Source of the DNA: Pseudobutyrivibrio sp.
GTDB lineage: Bacteria > Bacillota > Clostridia > Lachnospirales > Lachnospiraceae
DNA length: 64,000 nt
Direction: 5' to 3'
Assembly (NCBI GenBank): GCA_024684955.1
Contig: JAIKWH010000023.1
Location: 12,624 to 76,623, forward strand
This document shows positions 1 through 10,771 of this stretch, piece after piece. Under the pieces are notes generated by a model. The model worked only from the letters and a program-made list of their open reading frames with translations, did no database searches and was not told where the DNA came from. The position numbers were made by a program, and so were the translations under genes. Position 1 is the first letter of the stretch, and each line of letters begins with the position of its first letter.

Positions 1-288
1 CTGATATTCGTCACCGTCTTTGAGATATTTCTCATAGGCCTTTCTGATGAGGCCATCATAGGATGCATTAAGACTTTCCTCGTAGATTTTGTCCAGATTG
101 GCCTGGCACAAGTCAGTTACACTCACTATAGAAGAAAGAATCGTCTCCTTGTTCTTTTCAATATTTCTGACATAAAAAAAAGAGTAGAAGAGAACCGACA
201 GGGCTAGAAATGGTATTATCCAGCACAAAATAATCATCCCCACCATCTGGGTGGCAAGTCTAGTTCTTCTACTCTTAATTTTTTTCAT
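1..288 (-). CDS. Sensor histidine kinase, YesM-like; only the N-terminal part is in the window
   Basis: Manual translation from ATG at 288: MKKIKSRRTRLATQMVGMIILCWIIPFLALSVLFYSFFYVRNIEKNKE..., open to base 1. Basic N-terminus, one TM helix, then an extracellular region; starts 3 bp after the phosphomutase stop. The kinase core is not visible. Confidence 0.6.
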   Translation of the reverse strand, partial: MKKIKSRRTRLATQMVGMIILCWIIPFLALSVLFYSFFYVRNIEKNKETILSSIVSVTDLCQANLDKIYEESLNASYDGLIRKAYEKYLKDGDEYQ

Positions 289-291
289 AAT

Positions 292-1710
292 TTATAGCCC
301 CAGGAATTTCTCGTAAATCTGGCAAACCTTAATTGCGTCTGCCCCATCTGGCATCTCGCAGAAAATACGAATGAGTGGCTCAGTTCCTGAGAATCTGCCG
401 ATTACCCAACCACCATTTTTGAAGTAAACCTTGGAACCATCCAAATATGATACATGATCAATTTCAAATGGAAGTTCTGGCAACTTTTTCTCCTCCATGA
501 GGAGTTTGGTCATTCTCTCCTTCTCCTCTAGAGTAAAGTGATAATCCCTTTCCTCCATGTGAATTGCTCCACATTCTTCGGTTATCTCGTCGTATACCTG
601 TGAAATGCTTTTGCCTGTGACAGCAATCATCTCGATGAGAAGCATGGCTGCATAAATACCATCCTTGCCATTGATATGTCCCCTTACTGTCAGACCTCCT
701 GAGGATTCTCCTCCTATCAAAGCATTTACCTCTGTCATCTTTGCAGAGATATGTTTAAAACCTACAGGCACCTCGTAACATTTCTCCCCAAAACGCTCAG
801 CAACCCTATCAAGCATGTGGGTAGTTGCAATGTTTCTAACTACTGGGCCTGTCCACTTTTTATATTTTACCAAGTAATAATACAATAAGACAAGAATATC
901 ATTTGGATGGAGGAATCTGCCCTTGTCATCTACAACACCAAGTCTATCTGCATCTCCATCTGTAGCAATACCAATGTCAAATTTGTAATCCATCATTTGA
1001 GCAATGAGTGGCCTCAAAGTTGAAGCGCTAGGCGCTGGAAGTTTTCCTCCAAACAGGGTGTCATGGCTATCATGGATGGTAACAATATCGCACCTGCTTG
1101 TCATAAGGAGGGTTTTCAGAGGAATCTCCGAAACACCATACATTGGGTCTAAGGCCACTCGCAAGTTGGCATCTTTAATTGCTTCCATATTTACATTGGC
1201 AATAATATTATCAAGATATTCATTGAGTGGATAAATTTCTTCGATGAGGCCCTTTTCTACAGCCTCATTGTATTCCATTGAATTGATGGCTATTCCTTCA
1301 TCTTCCACTCTCTTAGCATATGCCTCGATTTCATTTGTGGTATTTTCATCAGCATCCCTGCCCCCCTTGGTAAAGATTTTAATTCCATTATATAGGGCTG
1401 GGTTGTGGCTGGCTGTGACCATCAAACCATACTCCAGGTCGTGCTTTAAAACATAGAACATAATTAGTGGAGTAGGGGCTGCCTTATTTACCAAAAAGGC
1501 CTTGATACCCTCTGCTGCAAAAACCTGTCCAAGCCACTGCATTGTTTCCTTCGAAAGGAATCTTTTGTCGTAACCTATAATTACAGGCAATTTTTCCTTT
1601 CCTTCATCCTTAATTTTCATTGAGAGGGCCTTTGCCACCAACTCAATGTTGCTTCTGATGAATTCATCTCCAATTGTGGCTCTCCAGCCACCTGTTCCAA
1701 ACTTAATCAA
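292..1710 (-). CDS. Phosphoglucomutase/phosphomannomutase family (probably acts on the GlcNAc-1-P produced by ChbP)
   Basis: FGTGGWR start, TASHNP catalytic serine loop, DGDADR metal loop, GESSG sugar loop, RFSGTEP C-terminal motif; TTG start with a GGAGG RBS. Confidence 0.93.
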   Translation of the reverse strand: MIKFGTGGWRATIGDEFIRSNIELVAKALSMKIKDEGKEKLPVIIGYDKRFLSKETMQWLGQVFAAEGIKAFLVNKAAPTPLIMFYVLKHDLEYGLMVTASHNPALYNGIKIFTKGGRDADENTTNEIEAYAKRVEDEGIAINSMEYNEAVEKGLIEEIYPLNEYLDNIIANVNMEAIKDANLRVALDPMYGVSEIPLKTLLMTSRCDIVTIHDSHDTLFGGKLPAPSASTLRPLIAQMMDYKFDIGIATDGDADRLGVVDDKGRFLHPNDILVLLYYYLVKYKKWTGPVVRNIATTHMLDRVAERFGEKCYEVPVGFKHISAKMTEVNALIGGESSGGLTVRGHINGKDGIYAAMLLIEMIAVTGKSISQVYDEITEECGAIHMEERDYHFTLEEKERMTKLLMEEKKLPELPFEIDHVSYLDGSKVYFKNGGWVIGRFSGTEPLIRIFCEMPDGADAIKVCQIYEKFLGL

Positions 1711-1724
1711 GACATTTCCTCCCT

Positions 1725-4118
1725 TTAACCCATTACTACCTTTACATTAACCTCTTTTTTGTCAGCCGAATACTTGATGCAATCCACAAGAGTATCGTCA
1801 ACATATATCTCTTTCACGCCCCTTTGGACATGATTTGGGTTCTCCACGCTAATATGGTATGTTACGTCACGCCAAACTCGCTGTGCCTCAAATCCGTCCC
1901 AATCGTGAGGAATACATGGATCAACAACAAGTTTGTCAAAGTCTGGCCTGATTCCCAACATATATCTGGTTGCTGAATAATATGCCCAACCACCAGAACC
2001 TGTCATAAATGGATGTCTGGCACGGCCGTATCCTGTGTGGTCCGGGCCCATAATAAACTGGCAATAAGAATATGGCTCAGCCTGTCTGATTTCTATCATG
2101 TCGTTTTGTCTTGCAGGACAGAGGGCATTGTAATACTCCATAGCCCTGTCCCCTCGGCCCAATGTACATTCTGCAGCCCATACCCATGGGTTTGGATGAG
2201 AGAAAATAGAACCGTTTTCCTTGAGACCTGGATAAACTCTTGTGATAAATCCAATCTCGTCATCAGGCACTGTATAGCTTGGTCCGTTTAATTTGATTCC
2301 ATAAGGCGTAAAGAGGTTTTCATAAACACTATCAAGAGCCTTCTCGCCTCTCTCCTGACCAGAGGCACCAGACAAAACTGCCCAGGCATTTGATTCAAGG
2401 TGAATCTTGCCCTCAGCATTTGCATGGGTACCAATCTTTTTGCCAGAGGCTGTAAAGCCACGGAGGAACCAGTTGCCGTCCCAGAGTTTTTCGTTGCAGG
2501 TATCCTCTACCTCTTTTTTCATCTTTGAATATTTTTCTACATCCTCAGCCCTGCCCAGTTTTTCTGCCAGGTAAAGGAAGTATTTAAGTCCTTGAATGTG
2601 AAGGTATGAAACCAAAGCAGATTCTCCACCGCCCAAATTCAAGCAGTCATTCCAGTCTGCTCTCAGGCCCTTGCAAATGCCATGGCTACCTACCTGCTCA
2701 TATGAAAAATCCAGAATCTTTTTCATGTGGTCATATACTGAGCCTGAGCCACCATCTGCATATGGAATATCCTTGTCGGCAAAGGACATATCTCCTGTTT
2801 CTCGGATATATTCTACGATTGAAGGAATAATCCACAGGGCATCATCTGCGCAGGCATCCTCGATTCCATGGACATAAGAGCCCTTATCCATAGTAGGGAT
2901 AACAGTTGGAGACTTAAATGGTTTCTTCTTGTTTTTATCCTCCTCAAACCAGGCTGGATCAAAGAGGTGGAGTCCATATCCAAAGGAAGTAAGACCATTT
3001 AAAAGCTGCTCTATTCTCTTCTTGCACATAGCAGGATTAGAATGAGGAATTGTCATTGCATCCTGGGCTGTATCTCTATAGCCCAGACCTGTTCTACCAC
3101 CTACCTCAATGAAGGAAGCAAATCTGGAGAACATTACATTCACTTCTGACTGGTAGAGATTCCATGTGTTAAGCATGGTATTCATATTATCGTTAGGGGT
3201 TTTTACCTGGAGTCTCTGCAATTTGTCATTCCAGAAATCAGCCAGTTTTTGGTATGCCATATCTACGCTTTTTGCATCGGAATATTTAGCACGGATTGCC
3301 TTTGACTCCTCTAGTCCACCTTCTCCAAGGAAGAAGAAAAGTCTAACCTTTTGGCCTGGTTCCAACCTAATATTTTTTTGCAGAGAGCCACAGTGGTTGT
3401 TTCCCAGTTCTGCACTTTCTTTGCAACGGCCAGATACAACCGCCTGAGGATTAGTCTCAGTATTATAAGTGCCAATAAATGTGTCCCTCAGGCAATCATA
3501 ACTGTCTACCTTTTCGTTGCAGGTAAAGTATTGGTAACCAAACTCTTCATAAAAGAGATCGTAGAGAATAGTGTTGTCTTCAAAACTAGAGCCTGCGCAA
3601 TAGAGACTCATTTGGAAATTCTGATTGTCAATCATTACGTGATGGAAAGAGAATTCCAAATAAGAAAAGAGGCTAAGGTCCCTGGTCTTGTCGGATTGAT
3701 TTTCAATGGTAATATCCCAAAGTTCCATTTGCTCCCCGATTGGAACTGACATTTTCTGGCTAGCGTAAAGCCCCTTATACTGGCATTCATATACAGCATA
3801 AGAAAGTCCAAAGCGGGTCCTGTATTTTGCCTCATCAAGACTTTTGCCTACAGGTTGCCATGAGATTGAAAAATAATCCCCATCCTCATTGTCTCTTATA
3901 TACATGTAGTGACCTGGGCGGTCCATTGGAATTGCGTTACCTCTGAATCGGGTAACTCTGTGATACTCTGGAGACTGGTGGAACATGTAGCCACCTGCAG
4001 TATGATTGAGAACTACACAGGTGTCTTCCACTCCGAGATAGTTGGTCCATGATACCGGCAAATCTACTCTGTCGATAACATATTCCCTTGATTCATTATC
4101 AAAATGTCCGTATTGCAT
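1725..4118 (-). CDS. chbP: N,N'-diacetylchitobiose phosphorylase (GH94)
   Basis: MQYGHFDNESREYVI...WTNYLG, SPEYHRVT, DNQNFQMSLY, EVGGRTGLGYRDTAQD, ADWNDCL (catalytic Asp), ENGSIFSHPNPW and TGSGGW closely follow the Vibrio ChBP pattern. Start moved to the ATG at 4118 behind an AAGGGG RBS. Confidence 0.88.
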   Translation of the reverse strand: MQYGHFDNESREYVIDRVDLPVSWTNYLGVEDTCVVLNHTAGGYMFHQSPEYHRVTRFRGNAIPMDRPGHYMYIRDNEDGDYFSISWQPVGKSLDEAKYRTRFGLSYAVYECQYKGLYASQKMSVPIGEQMELWDITIENQSDKTRDLSLFSYLEFSFHHVMIDNQNFQMSLYCAGSSFEDNTILYDLFYEEFGYQYFTCNEKVDSYDCLRDTFIGTYNTETNPQAVVSGRCKESAELGNNHCGSLQKNIRLEPGQKVRLFFFLGEGGLEESKAIRAKYSDAKSVDMAYQKLADFWNDKLQRLQVKTPNDNMNTMLNTWNLYQSEVNVMFSRFASFIEVGGRTGLGYRDTAQDAMTIPHSNPAMCKKRIEQLLNGLTSFGYGLHLFDPAWFEEDKNKKKPFKSPTVIPTMDKGSYVHGIEDACADDALWIIPSIVEYIRETGDMSFADKDIPYADGGSGSVYDHMKKILDFSYEQVGSHGICKGLRADWNDCLNLGGGESALVSYLHIQGLKYFLYLAEKLGRAEDVEKYSKMKKEVEDTCNEKLWDGNWFLRGFTASGKKIGTHANAEGKIHLESNAWAVLSGASGQERGEKALDSVYENLFTPYGIKLNGPSYTVPDDEIGFITRVYPGLKENGSIFSHPNPWVWAAECTLGRGDRAMEYYNALCPARQNDMIEIRQAEPYSYCQFIMGPDHTGYGRARHPFMTGSGGWAYYSATRYMLGIRPDFDKLVVDPCIPHDWDGFEAQRVWRDVTYHISVENPNHVQRGVKEIYVDDTLVDCIKYSADKKEVNVKVVMG

Positions 4119-4220
4119 AACATACCCCTTCATAATTTATTTTTCAGATACATTATGCAATTCATGACGGGCCATTTGAATGACTTGATTTGTTTAAACT
4201 TGCATTTTTTTGGCGACAAG

Positions 4221-5291
4221 TTATTTTGTAGAAATGATAAGGGGATGCTTGGCCCCAATGTCAGCAAAGATTTTGCCAAAAGTCTTGTCATATAAAAACC
4301 AGGCAAAAATGCTAAATATGTAGCAGGCCACCCCGGTGCCTACAATGTATAAAAGCATAGTAAATACATTGGCTGAGGCTGTGGTCTTGTCCAAATATCT
4401 CATTATATATGGATGAAGGAGATACATGGTAAAGGCTGCCCTGGCAACCCTATTTATAATTGGTTTTTCTCCAAGGTTAATCTGGAGAAAAATATTTAGA
4501 ACAAGATAGGCCTCTAAAATAACCAAAGGATTTGCATAGGAAAATGGAACCGAGTATATGTATGCATCTCCCTCTGGTGGGAAAAAGGCAAAGGCATGGG
4601 ACTGGGCCAGGCCCAGGACAAAACTGATTAGGGCAAGGCAAATGATTGATTGAGAAACCCCAAGCCTAGGTCCCCTTCTCCTCAAATAGGCCCCTATGAA
4701 ATAGACCAAAACAAAGTTTACTATGTTTTGTCCTGAGGATGTGCCAGACCGTGTGATGGTCCACATACCATTCCAGGCAATGCCCTTGTACTGCTGCAAA
4801 ATATCAAACAGGGTTGGCCAAAATGAGAATATAAACAAAAGGAGCCAAACCATCTGAGAAAATTTCTTGTCACTTAAATTCTCAATTACCCTATTTAAAA
4901 ATGGGGCAATCAAAAAGAGGACGCAGTAAAACATAACATAATAATTCGCAGGCATGGCTGCCATGACAAAATCTCTAACAGAAAGAGGTGATGTCTGTAG
5001 GGCCACTGTCACAAAATAATAAATAGCCGCAAATATAAAAGTCTGAAACATTAGGTCAATTGGCTTTATGGCAGACACTGATGTCCTGTGACTCATAAAA
5101 TATCCTGACACCATTACGAATAAATCTACGGCACAAATAACCAAGCCCTCCAGCATAAAGAGGACCCAGTGATTGGCAGCATGTCCTGCAGCCTCTGCAA
5201 AACCTCCTGTGCCATTGTAATGAATTATGAATACCCCAAGGGCTGCAATAATTCTAAGCAGCTCTATAGATGAATTACGCTCTTGTTTCAT
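4221..5291 (-). CDS. Acyltransferase family 3 (membrane O-acyltransferase)
   Basis: RNSSIELLRIIA...HY, AVDLFVMVSGYF, FTMYLLH; about 10 TM segments. Confidence 0.88.
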   Translation of the reverse strand: MKQERNSSIELLRIIAALGVFIIHYNGTGGFAEAAGHAANHWVLFMLEGLVICAVDLFVMVSGYFMSHRTSVSAIKPIDLMFQTFIFAAIYYFVTVALQTSPLSVRDFVMAAMPANYYVMFYCVLFLIAPFLNRVIENLSDKKFSQMVWLLLFIFSFWPTLFDILQQYKGIAWNGMWTITRSGTSSGQNIVNFVLVYFIGAYLRRRGPRLGVSQSIICLALISFVLGLAQSHAFAFFPPEGDAYIYSVPFSYANPLVILEAYLVLNIFLQINLGEKPIINRVARAAFTMYLLHPYIMRYLDKTTASANVFTMLLYIVGTGVACYIFSIFAWFLYDKTFGKIFADIGAKHPLIISTK

Positions 5292-6414
5292 CGGCTAAAT
5301 ATTTTCTCCTTAGGAAAGCAAATAATTTGTCTACAGCCTTTAGATAAATAGGCTGCAATATTTTAATCCTGGCCATATCAATCAAGGATAAAACAATGAA
5401 TAATATAAGCACTGTGGCCAGGGATGTAAATACAAAATATGGACTATTAAACTGCAGGGAATCCACCTTGAAAATATAATTCCATATGCCCTGCCTAAAA
5501 ATGGCAAAATCATGGAGGAGGTATACTCCAAAACAAGTGGAAGCAATCCCATTAATAAATCCCTTTGTACCAATATCTAATCTGCTAAACAGTAGGAATA
5601 GAGACACAGCAATTGCAGGAACTAAAAGTCCCATGGCAAAAGGCTGGCCATAGACCCTAATAATCTCAGAAAAGAGTTTGTCCGATTGAATAGTATCAAA
5701 GGCAGTGGCTACAACATAGGAGTAAAGTCCCCATCCCAAGAGGGCCAAGAGAATGCAGATAAACCTCCTAATCTTGATCTCCTCATAAAATCTTTTGATG
5801 TAAAAGCCAAACATATAAAAGAAAATGCCCTTGTAGATATTTATGAACTTGCTGCCCACCATTGCATTTAAAAGGTAGGTAAATACCCAAACAAAAAACA
5901 AGGCAAGACGAAATCCTCTTTTGTTGAGTAACAAGAGACCCTTGTTAAGCACCGGCGCCATAAACATCAGCATAAGATATACAGTGACAAACCAGTAATT
6001 TGCCCCAGATACAGGAATAAGCATGGCCCCAATAAAGGCTGATAGTTTTTCCAGCTGGGTGGTGATGGCTGGGGTGATGTAGCCAAATTTAAAGGCAATT
6101 ATGGCAAGTCCCCCTAGAAGCAGAGAATAAAATACGGTGGCGCATACCAGTTTTTCTATGGCTCTCCACCTGATTTTTTCTCCCCCGGCTACAGCAAAAT
6201 AACCTGTGATCAAAAAGAAGATAGCCACACCCACGTCTCCCCCTGGGTAATAGAGGCTGGCCAGGAATTTGTTGCTGGCAAAACCCTGTCTAAAGGCGAT
6301 ATATTTTACCGGCTCCAAAATATGAATCAAGCCATGTATAAAGAGATGATGCCCAATTATCATAAGCATTGCTATTATTCTAAGTAATTCAAAATTTGAA
6401 CTTCGTTGTTTCAT
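5275..6414 (-). CDS. Acyltransferase family 3 (membrane O-acyltransferase)
   Basis: RSSNFELLRIIAMLMIIGHH, GVAIFFLITGYF, YWFVTVY, FGVYLLH; overlaps the next acyltransferase by 17 bp. Confidence 0.88.
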   Translation of the reverse strand: MKQRSSNFELLRIIAMLMIIGHHLFIHGLIHILEPVKYIAFRQGFASNKFLASLYYPGGDVGVAIFFLITGYFAVAGGEKIRWRAIEKLVCATVFYSLLLGGLAIIAFKFGYITPAITTQLEKLSAFIGAMLIPVSGANYWFVTVYLMLMFMAPVLNKGLLLLNKRGFRLALFFVWVFTYLLNAMVGSKFINIYKGIFFYMFGFYIKRFYEEIKIRRFICILLALLGWGLYSYVVATAFDTIQSDKLFSEIIRVYGQPFAMGLLVPAIAVSLFLLFSRLDIGTKGFINGIASTCFGVYLLHDFAIFRQGIWNYIFKVDSLQFNSPYFVFTSLATVLILFIVLSLIDMARIKILQPIYLKAVDKLFAFLRRKYLADETRA

Positions 6415-6490
6415 TTTTTTACCTCACTAGAAAAAATTCTAGCATACCCTTTAATCCTCTTCCAGTATTGAAAAGTTTTCATCAAACAAT

Positions 6491-6524
6491 AAAAAACACC
6501 CTGGCCAATTATTTGCCAGGGTGT
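6491..6524 (-). terminator. Rho-independent terminator after but
   Basis: Stem ACACCCTGGC/GCCAGGGTGT followed by a T-run on the minus strand. Confidence 0.85.
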
Positions 6525-6537
6525 CTGTATTTTAAAA

Positions 6538-7878
6538 TTATTTATTGGACTTTCTCCAGATTTTCATCTTTTCAGCCTCAGCGATAAGTTCGTCTCTAAA
6601 ATCAGGATGAGCGATGCTAATCAGAGCCTCTGCACGCTCCCAAGCAGAGAGACCCTTTAGGCAAACCTTGCCATACTCAGTAACAACATAGTGAGTGTTA
6701 GCACGAGTATCTGTAACGATAGAACCATTTGCCAGGGTAGGTCTGATACGGCTGTGGAGCTTGCCCTCTTTGTCTGTAAAGGTAGATGACAGGCAGATAA
6801 AAGACTTGCCACCCTTTGAAAGGTATGCTCCAAGGACAAAGTCAAGCTGACCACCTGCACCAGAAATCTGTTTTGTGCCTGCTGACTCTGCATTTACCTG
6901 GCCATAAAGATCGATATCTACAGCGTTGTTGATAGATATAAAATTGTCCAGGGCACTGACTGTGCGGATGTCGTTGGTATAATCTACAGGAGCACTCATC
7001 AAAGCTGGGTTGTTGTCGATATAGTCGTATAGTTTTTTAGTTCCTGCAGCAAAAGCATAAGTCTGACGGAATCTATCAATATTTTTCTTGCTACCATTGA
7101 TTTTGCCAGCCTTTGCAATATCAACAAAGGCATCTACATACATCTCTGTGTGAACACCCAAATCCTTGAGATCTGAGTCTGCAATCATAGCGCCAACTGT
7201 GTTAGGCATGCCACCGATACCCAGTTGTAAACATGCTCCATTTGGAATCTCTGGAACAATAAGTCTGGCAACTGCCTTGTCTACCTCGGTAGCTTCTCCG
7301 CCACCACCCATCTCCATTGGCAGTGGGTTGTCCCCTTCTACAATGGCATCAACCTGAGAAATGTGGATACCCTCCTCAAATCCGCCAAGGCAACGAGGCA
7401 TATTCTTATTAACCTCAACAATAATATGCTTAGAATTTTCAGCTGCAGCCATAAGGTGAGAAGCCTCTGGGCCAAAGTTGAAATATCCGTGGTTATCCAT
7501 TGTGGTAACCTGAATCATCATAACATCGTTTGGCTGGATGCCATCACGATAATATCTAGGCAATTCAGAGTATCTGATTGGAGCATAGTATGCACATCCT
7601 CTAGAGATGAGTTTTCTCTCGATACCGGTCATGTGCCATGAGTTCCAGCAGAAATGCTCTCCTGCATCCTCTCTCTCAAAAATGGCTGGGAGTTTCATAA
7701 GGATACCACCGCGCACCTTTACATCTCTCAATTCATCTGTGCGGGCTGCCAATGCTCTATCCAAAGCATCAGGTGTGCCAACACACCAACCATAGTCTAC
7801 CCAGTCTCCACTTTTAACTACCTTTACAGCCTCAGCAGCAGTAGTCAGTTTTTTCTTATACTCAGCTTGAAAATCCAT
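6538..7878 (-). CDS. but: Butyryl-CoA:acetate CoA-transferase
   Basis: [11 protein letters not shown]...[52 protein letters not shown]; matches the Roseburia-type But pattern. Confidence 0.93.
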   Translation of the reverse strand: MDFQAEYKKKLTTAAEAVKVVKSGDWVDYGWCVGTPDALDRALAARTDELRDVKVRGGILMKLPAIFEREDAGEHFCWNSWHMTGIERKLISRGCAYYAPIRYSELPRYYRDGIQPNDVMMIQVTTMDNHGYFNFGPEASHLMAAAENSKHIIVEVNKNMPRCLGGFEEGIHISQVDAIVEGDNPLPMEMGGGGEATEVDKAVARLIVPEIPNGACLQLGIGGMPNTVGAMIADSDLKDLGVHTEMYVDAFVDIAKAGKINGSKKNIDRFRQTYAFAAGTKKLYDYIDNNPALMSAPVDYTNDIRTVSALDNFISINNAVDIDLYGQVNAESAGTKQISGAGGQLDFVLGAYLSKGGKSFICLSSTFTDKEGKLHSRIRPTLANGSIVTDTRANTHYVVTEYGKVCLKGLSAWERAEALISIAHPDFRDELIAEAEKMKIWRKSNK

Positions 7879-8003
7879 AAACCTGTCTTCTCCTTTTCAA
7901 ATTCTTTTGTAGCAAAAGTAATTTGTTAATTTTTTATCAATTATCCCTAGTTTATCATTCTTTAACCCTGTATTCAACTAAGACAATATATTTTTTATAA
8001 TAA

Positions 8004-8246
8004 CTATCCCTGTTTTGACCCAATCTCTACCAAAAGATTAATAAGGTCAATGTCAGACTCCTGGACCTTGAGATTGGTCTCAATCTTTTCTCCATTTGGG
8101 TCTGTAACAGCAATCTCAATGACTGAGCCTGGTGTCATCACCTTTGTTTTTGCCGCATTAAAAAATGGTAAAAGTTTTGGGTGATTTGCATTAAAGGTAG
8201 ATGCTGCGCTCCTCACCTTAAAAATATCCGCTGGATTAAATCCCAT
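8004..8246 (-). CDS. Small conserved hypothetical protein (80 aa)
   Basis: Clean ORF with a GGAGG RBS; FNANHPK and GSVIEIAVTDPNG segments look like a folded protein. Confidence 0.7.
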   Translation of the reverse strand: MGFNPADIFKVRSAASTFNANHPKLLPFFNAAKTKVMTPGSVIEIAVTDPNGEKIETNLKVQESDIDLINLLVEIGSKQG

Positions 8247-8259
8247 AATTATTTCCCTC

Positions 8260-10593
8260 CTATAATAAGTACTTTTTGATTATAGCACGAAGTTCCTCTT
8301 CCTTGATAGGTTTAGAAATATAATCAGAAAAGCCCTTTCTCTCATAATATTCTTTTGCCCCAACAATGGCATTGGCTGTCTGCATGATTATTGGAGTATC
8401 CCTGTTAGGGTTTTCCGGCTCTGAGTCTATAATCTCCTTGACCTTGATTCCATCCATGCCTGGCATCAAATGGTCCATAAATACCAGGTCATATTTGGTC
8501 CTGTTCATTTTTTTAATGGCTTCCTCACCACTTTGAGCCACCTCTGTTTTAAGTCCTGTATCCTTCAGTAGCATGGTAAACACTCTTAGATTTATAGCCA
8601 CATCATCTACCACAAGCACCCTGCCTATAAAGTCTAGGATTTCTCCTCTATCTACCGCTCTACGCTCTCCTCCCGGTCCAATGGAGAAGGAGCCACATGG
8701 CTCATCAGACCTAATGCCCTGAGGAATAACCACTGTAAAGCATGAGCCCTTTGCCAATTCTGATGAAACAGATATAGTGCCATCCATGAGGTCCACCAGT
8801 TCTTTTGTAATGAGAAGTCCCAGGCCTGTTCCCGCAATTCTCTTGTCCTTAATCGCATCTCTATTGCTAAAGGAATCAAATAGATAAGGAATATTATCCT
8901 CTGCTATTCCTACACCGGTGTCAGAAACCCCCATCTCCAGGTAAAGGAGCCCTCCCTTTATTCTGCCCTGGACCGTCAGGGTAATCCTGCCAGTAGGAGT
9001 GTATTTAACAGCGTTTGTGAGCAGGTTTGTAACCACCTGTATGATGTGCTCTCTATCTCCGTACAAGCGGGATGGGAGGACATCACTCATGTCCACTTCA
9101 AAGGAAAGTCTGCTAGCCTTGGCCCTTGGTCTCACCATGGAATAGCACTCCCTAATCATGTCCATCAGGTCATATTCCTCCTGGTGAATTTCAACCTTTC
9201 CAGCGCTGACCTTTGACAGGTCCAAAATCTCATTTACAATACCCAGGAGATAATTGCCTGCTGAGTTTACATCTCTGGCATAGTCCAAGACATTATTTTC
9301 CTTGCTCTCCCTGAGAATCATTTTATTCATTCCCAAAATAGCATTAATAGGTGTGCGCATCTCATGGGACATTCTGGTCAAAAAGGCAAAACTAGATGCC
9401 TGAGCCTCCTCTGCCGCATAGGTTTCATTCTCAATATTCCTAATATCAGCAATGGCTCTAATATAGGTCATAAGCATAAGGAACAAAAGGCCAAAGCAAA
9501 ATACAAGACTATTCATGGTAGTTGGGTTGCTGAAATATTGGATTACCATAATCAGACCCGATACAACAGCAACAATTATTCCAATAAGTTCTAGAATATA
9601 TGTCTTTATATTGCCATCTATAATATCCCTAATCATGGTGATCAAGAAGAAACTTGAGACAATAATAAAAGCAGTAAAAGTATACATAAGTGTCTCAACT
9701 AAATTTGCTCTCTCGTTAAACTGGTTTGCAACTCCAAGGATAAACTCCACAAAAACCATAATGCACATAAGCATATATAGTGGCCTGTATCTGCCCTTTT
9801 GTAAGTTGTCAAAATATAGGGCCTCTCCAAATACAGCAAACATCAAAGATACATAAGTCATGTTGCCTAAAAGCGAATGATTGCTAGTAATAAACTGTCT
9901 TACCTGTGATTCCGCTACCACCCAAAGACCTGCAAAGGTAACAACCCATCCTGCATAAAGGATGGAAAGGGTCCTGTTATATATAAGTTTGATAAGAAAT
10001 CCAATGACTACTGCCACAGTGCCAGATAGCATCATAATAATAGCGCATAAGATTTTTGGCCCCTCTTGCAAAAACAGGTGATATACAATACCAAACTGGG
10101 AACCAATGTGCATGGCATCTATTGTGCCTGTATAGTTATTGTTCCCTACCATCTCTATTCTGATAATTTTCCCATTATCCTTTGGATGAAGGGGAATCAT
10201 CATCTGTGTGCCAATGCTTTCTGAACCGAAAGCCCTAGTATCTTTTGTGGAAAACTGATATCTAGCCTTGCCACCTACATATACAAACACGTCCTGTTTT
10301 ATAGAATTAAATGAGAGATATGTATCTGATTTTTGCGATACAACCAGAGTTTTTTCCAGTACTACTGTCTGTCCCTCCTCCACCTCAAGATGGCATGGAG
10401 TAGTGATGGGGGTCCTCTCCTCTCCCACTACGTAATACCAATTCTTGTTGTAATCCTCGTAGGACAAGTCAGTATAGGTTTGCTCACTTGGCAAAGTCGC
10501 CTGGCCCCAAAAGAAATAAATAAGAGTGGCTGCAACCATTGCGGTTCCTATAGCCACCACCAATTGATACAAAAATCCACTGGTTTCTTTCAT
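8260..10593 (-). CDS. Multi-TM hybrid sensor histidine kinase with receiver domain
   Basis: Extracellular domain plus 7 TM; MSHEMRTP H-box, NLLTNAVKYT, DTGVGI, GTGLGL; C-terminal receiver VVDD...MDHLMPGMDG...KP. Confidence 0.92.
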   Translation of the reverse strand: MKETSGFLYQLVVAIGTAMVAATLIYFFWGQATLPSEQTYTDLSYEDYNKNWYYVVGEERTPITTPCHLEVEEGQTVVLEKTLVVSQKSDTYLSFNSIKQDVFVYVGGKARYQFSTKDTRAFGSESIGTQMMIPLHPKDNGKIIRIEMVGNNNYTGTIDAMHIGSQFGIVYHLFLQEGPKILCAIIMMLSGTVAVVIGFLIKLIYNRTLSILYAGWVVTFAGLWVVAESQVRQFITSNHSLLGNMTYVSLMFAVFGEALYFDNLQKGRYRPLYMLMCIMVFVEFILGVANQFNERANLVETLMYTFTAFIIVSSFFLITMIRDIIDGNIKTYILELIGIIVAVVSGLIMVIQYFSNPTTMNSLVFCFGLLFLMLMTYIRAIADIRNIENETYAAEEAQASSFAFLTRMSHEMRTPINAILGMNKMILRESKENNVLDYARDVNSAGNYLLGIVNEILDLSKVSAGKVEIHQEEYDLMDMIRECYSMVRPRAKASRLSFEVDMSDVLPSRLYGDREHIIQVVTNLLTNAVKYTPTGRITLTVQGRIKGGLLYLEMGVSDTGVGIAEDNIPYLFDSFSNRDAIKDKRIAGTGLGLLITKELVDLMDGTISVSSELAKGSCFTVVIPQGIRSDEPCGSFSIGPGGERRAVDRGEILDFIGRVLVVDDVAINLRVFTMLLKDTGLKTEVAQSGEEAIKKMNRTKYDLVFMDHLMPGMDGIKVKEIIDSEPENPNRDTPIIMQTANAIVGAKEYYERKGFSDYISKPIKEEELRAIIKKYLL

Positions 10594-10771
10594 ACTAGTA
10601 CCCCTTGAATGCTAAAACCCTAATTCTCCAGTTAAATACCTAAAATAATTATACTTTTCTCACAAAGTTCCTACAATAAATAAAGGCCTAAGACACAGAA
10701 TTTTAACGATTATTAGGCCTAGTAATGCTATAATTCATCTTAGCAAAGATAAAAAAATTATCGGAGGAGTT

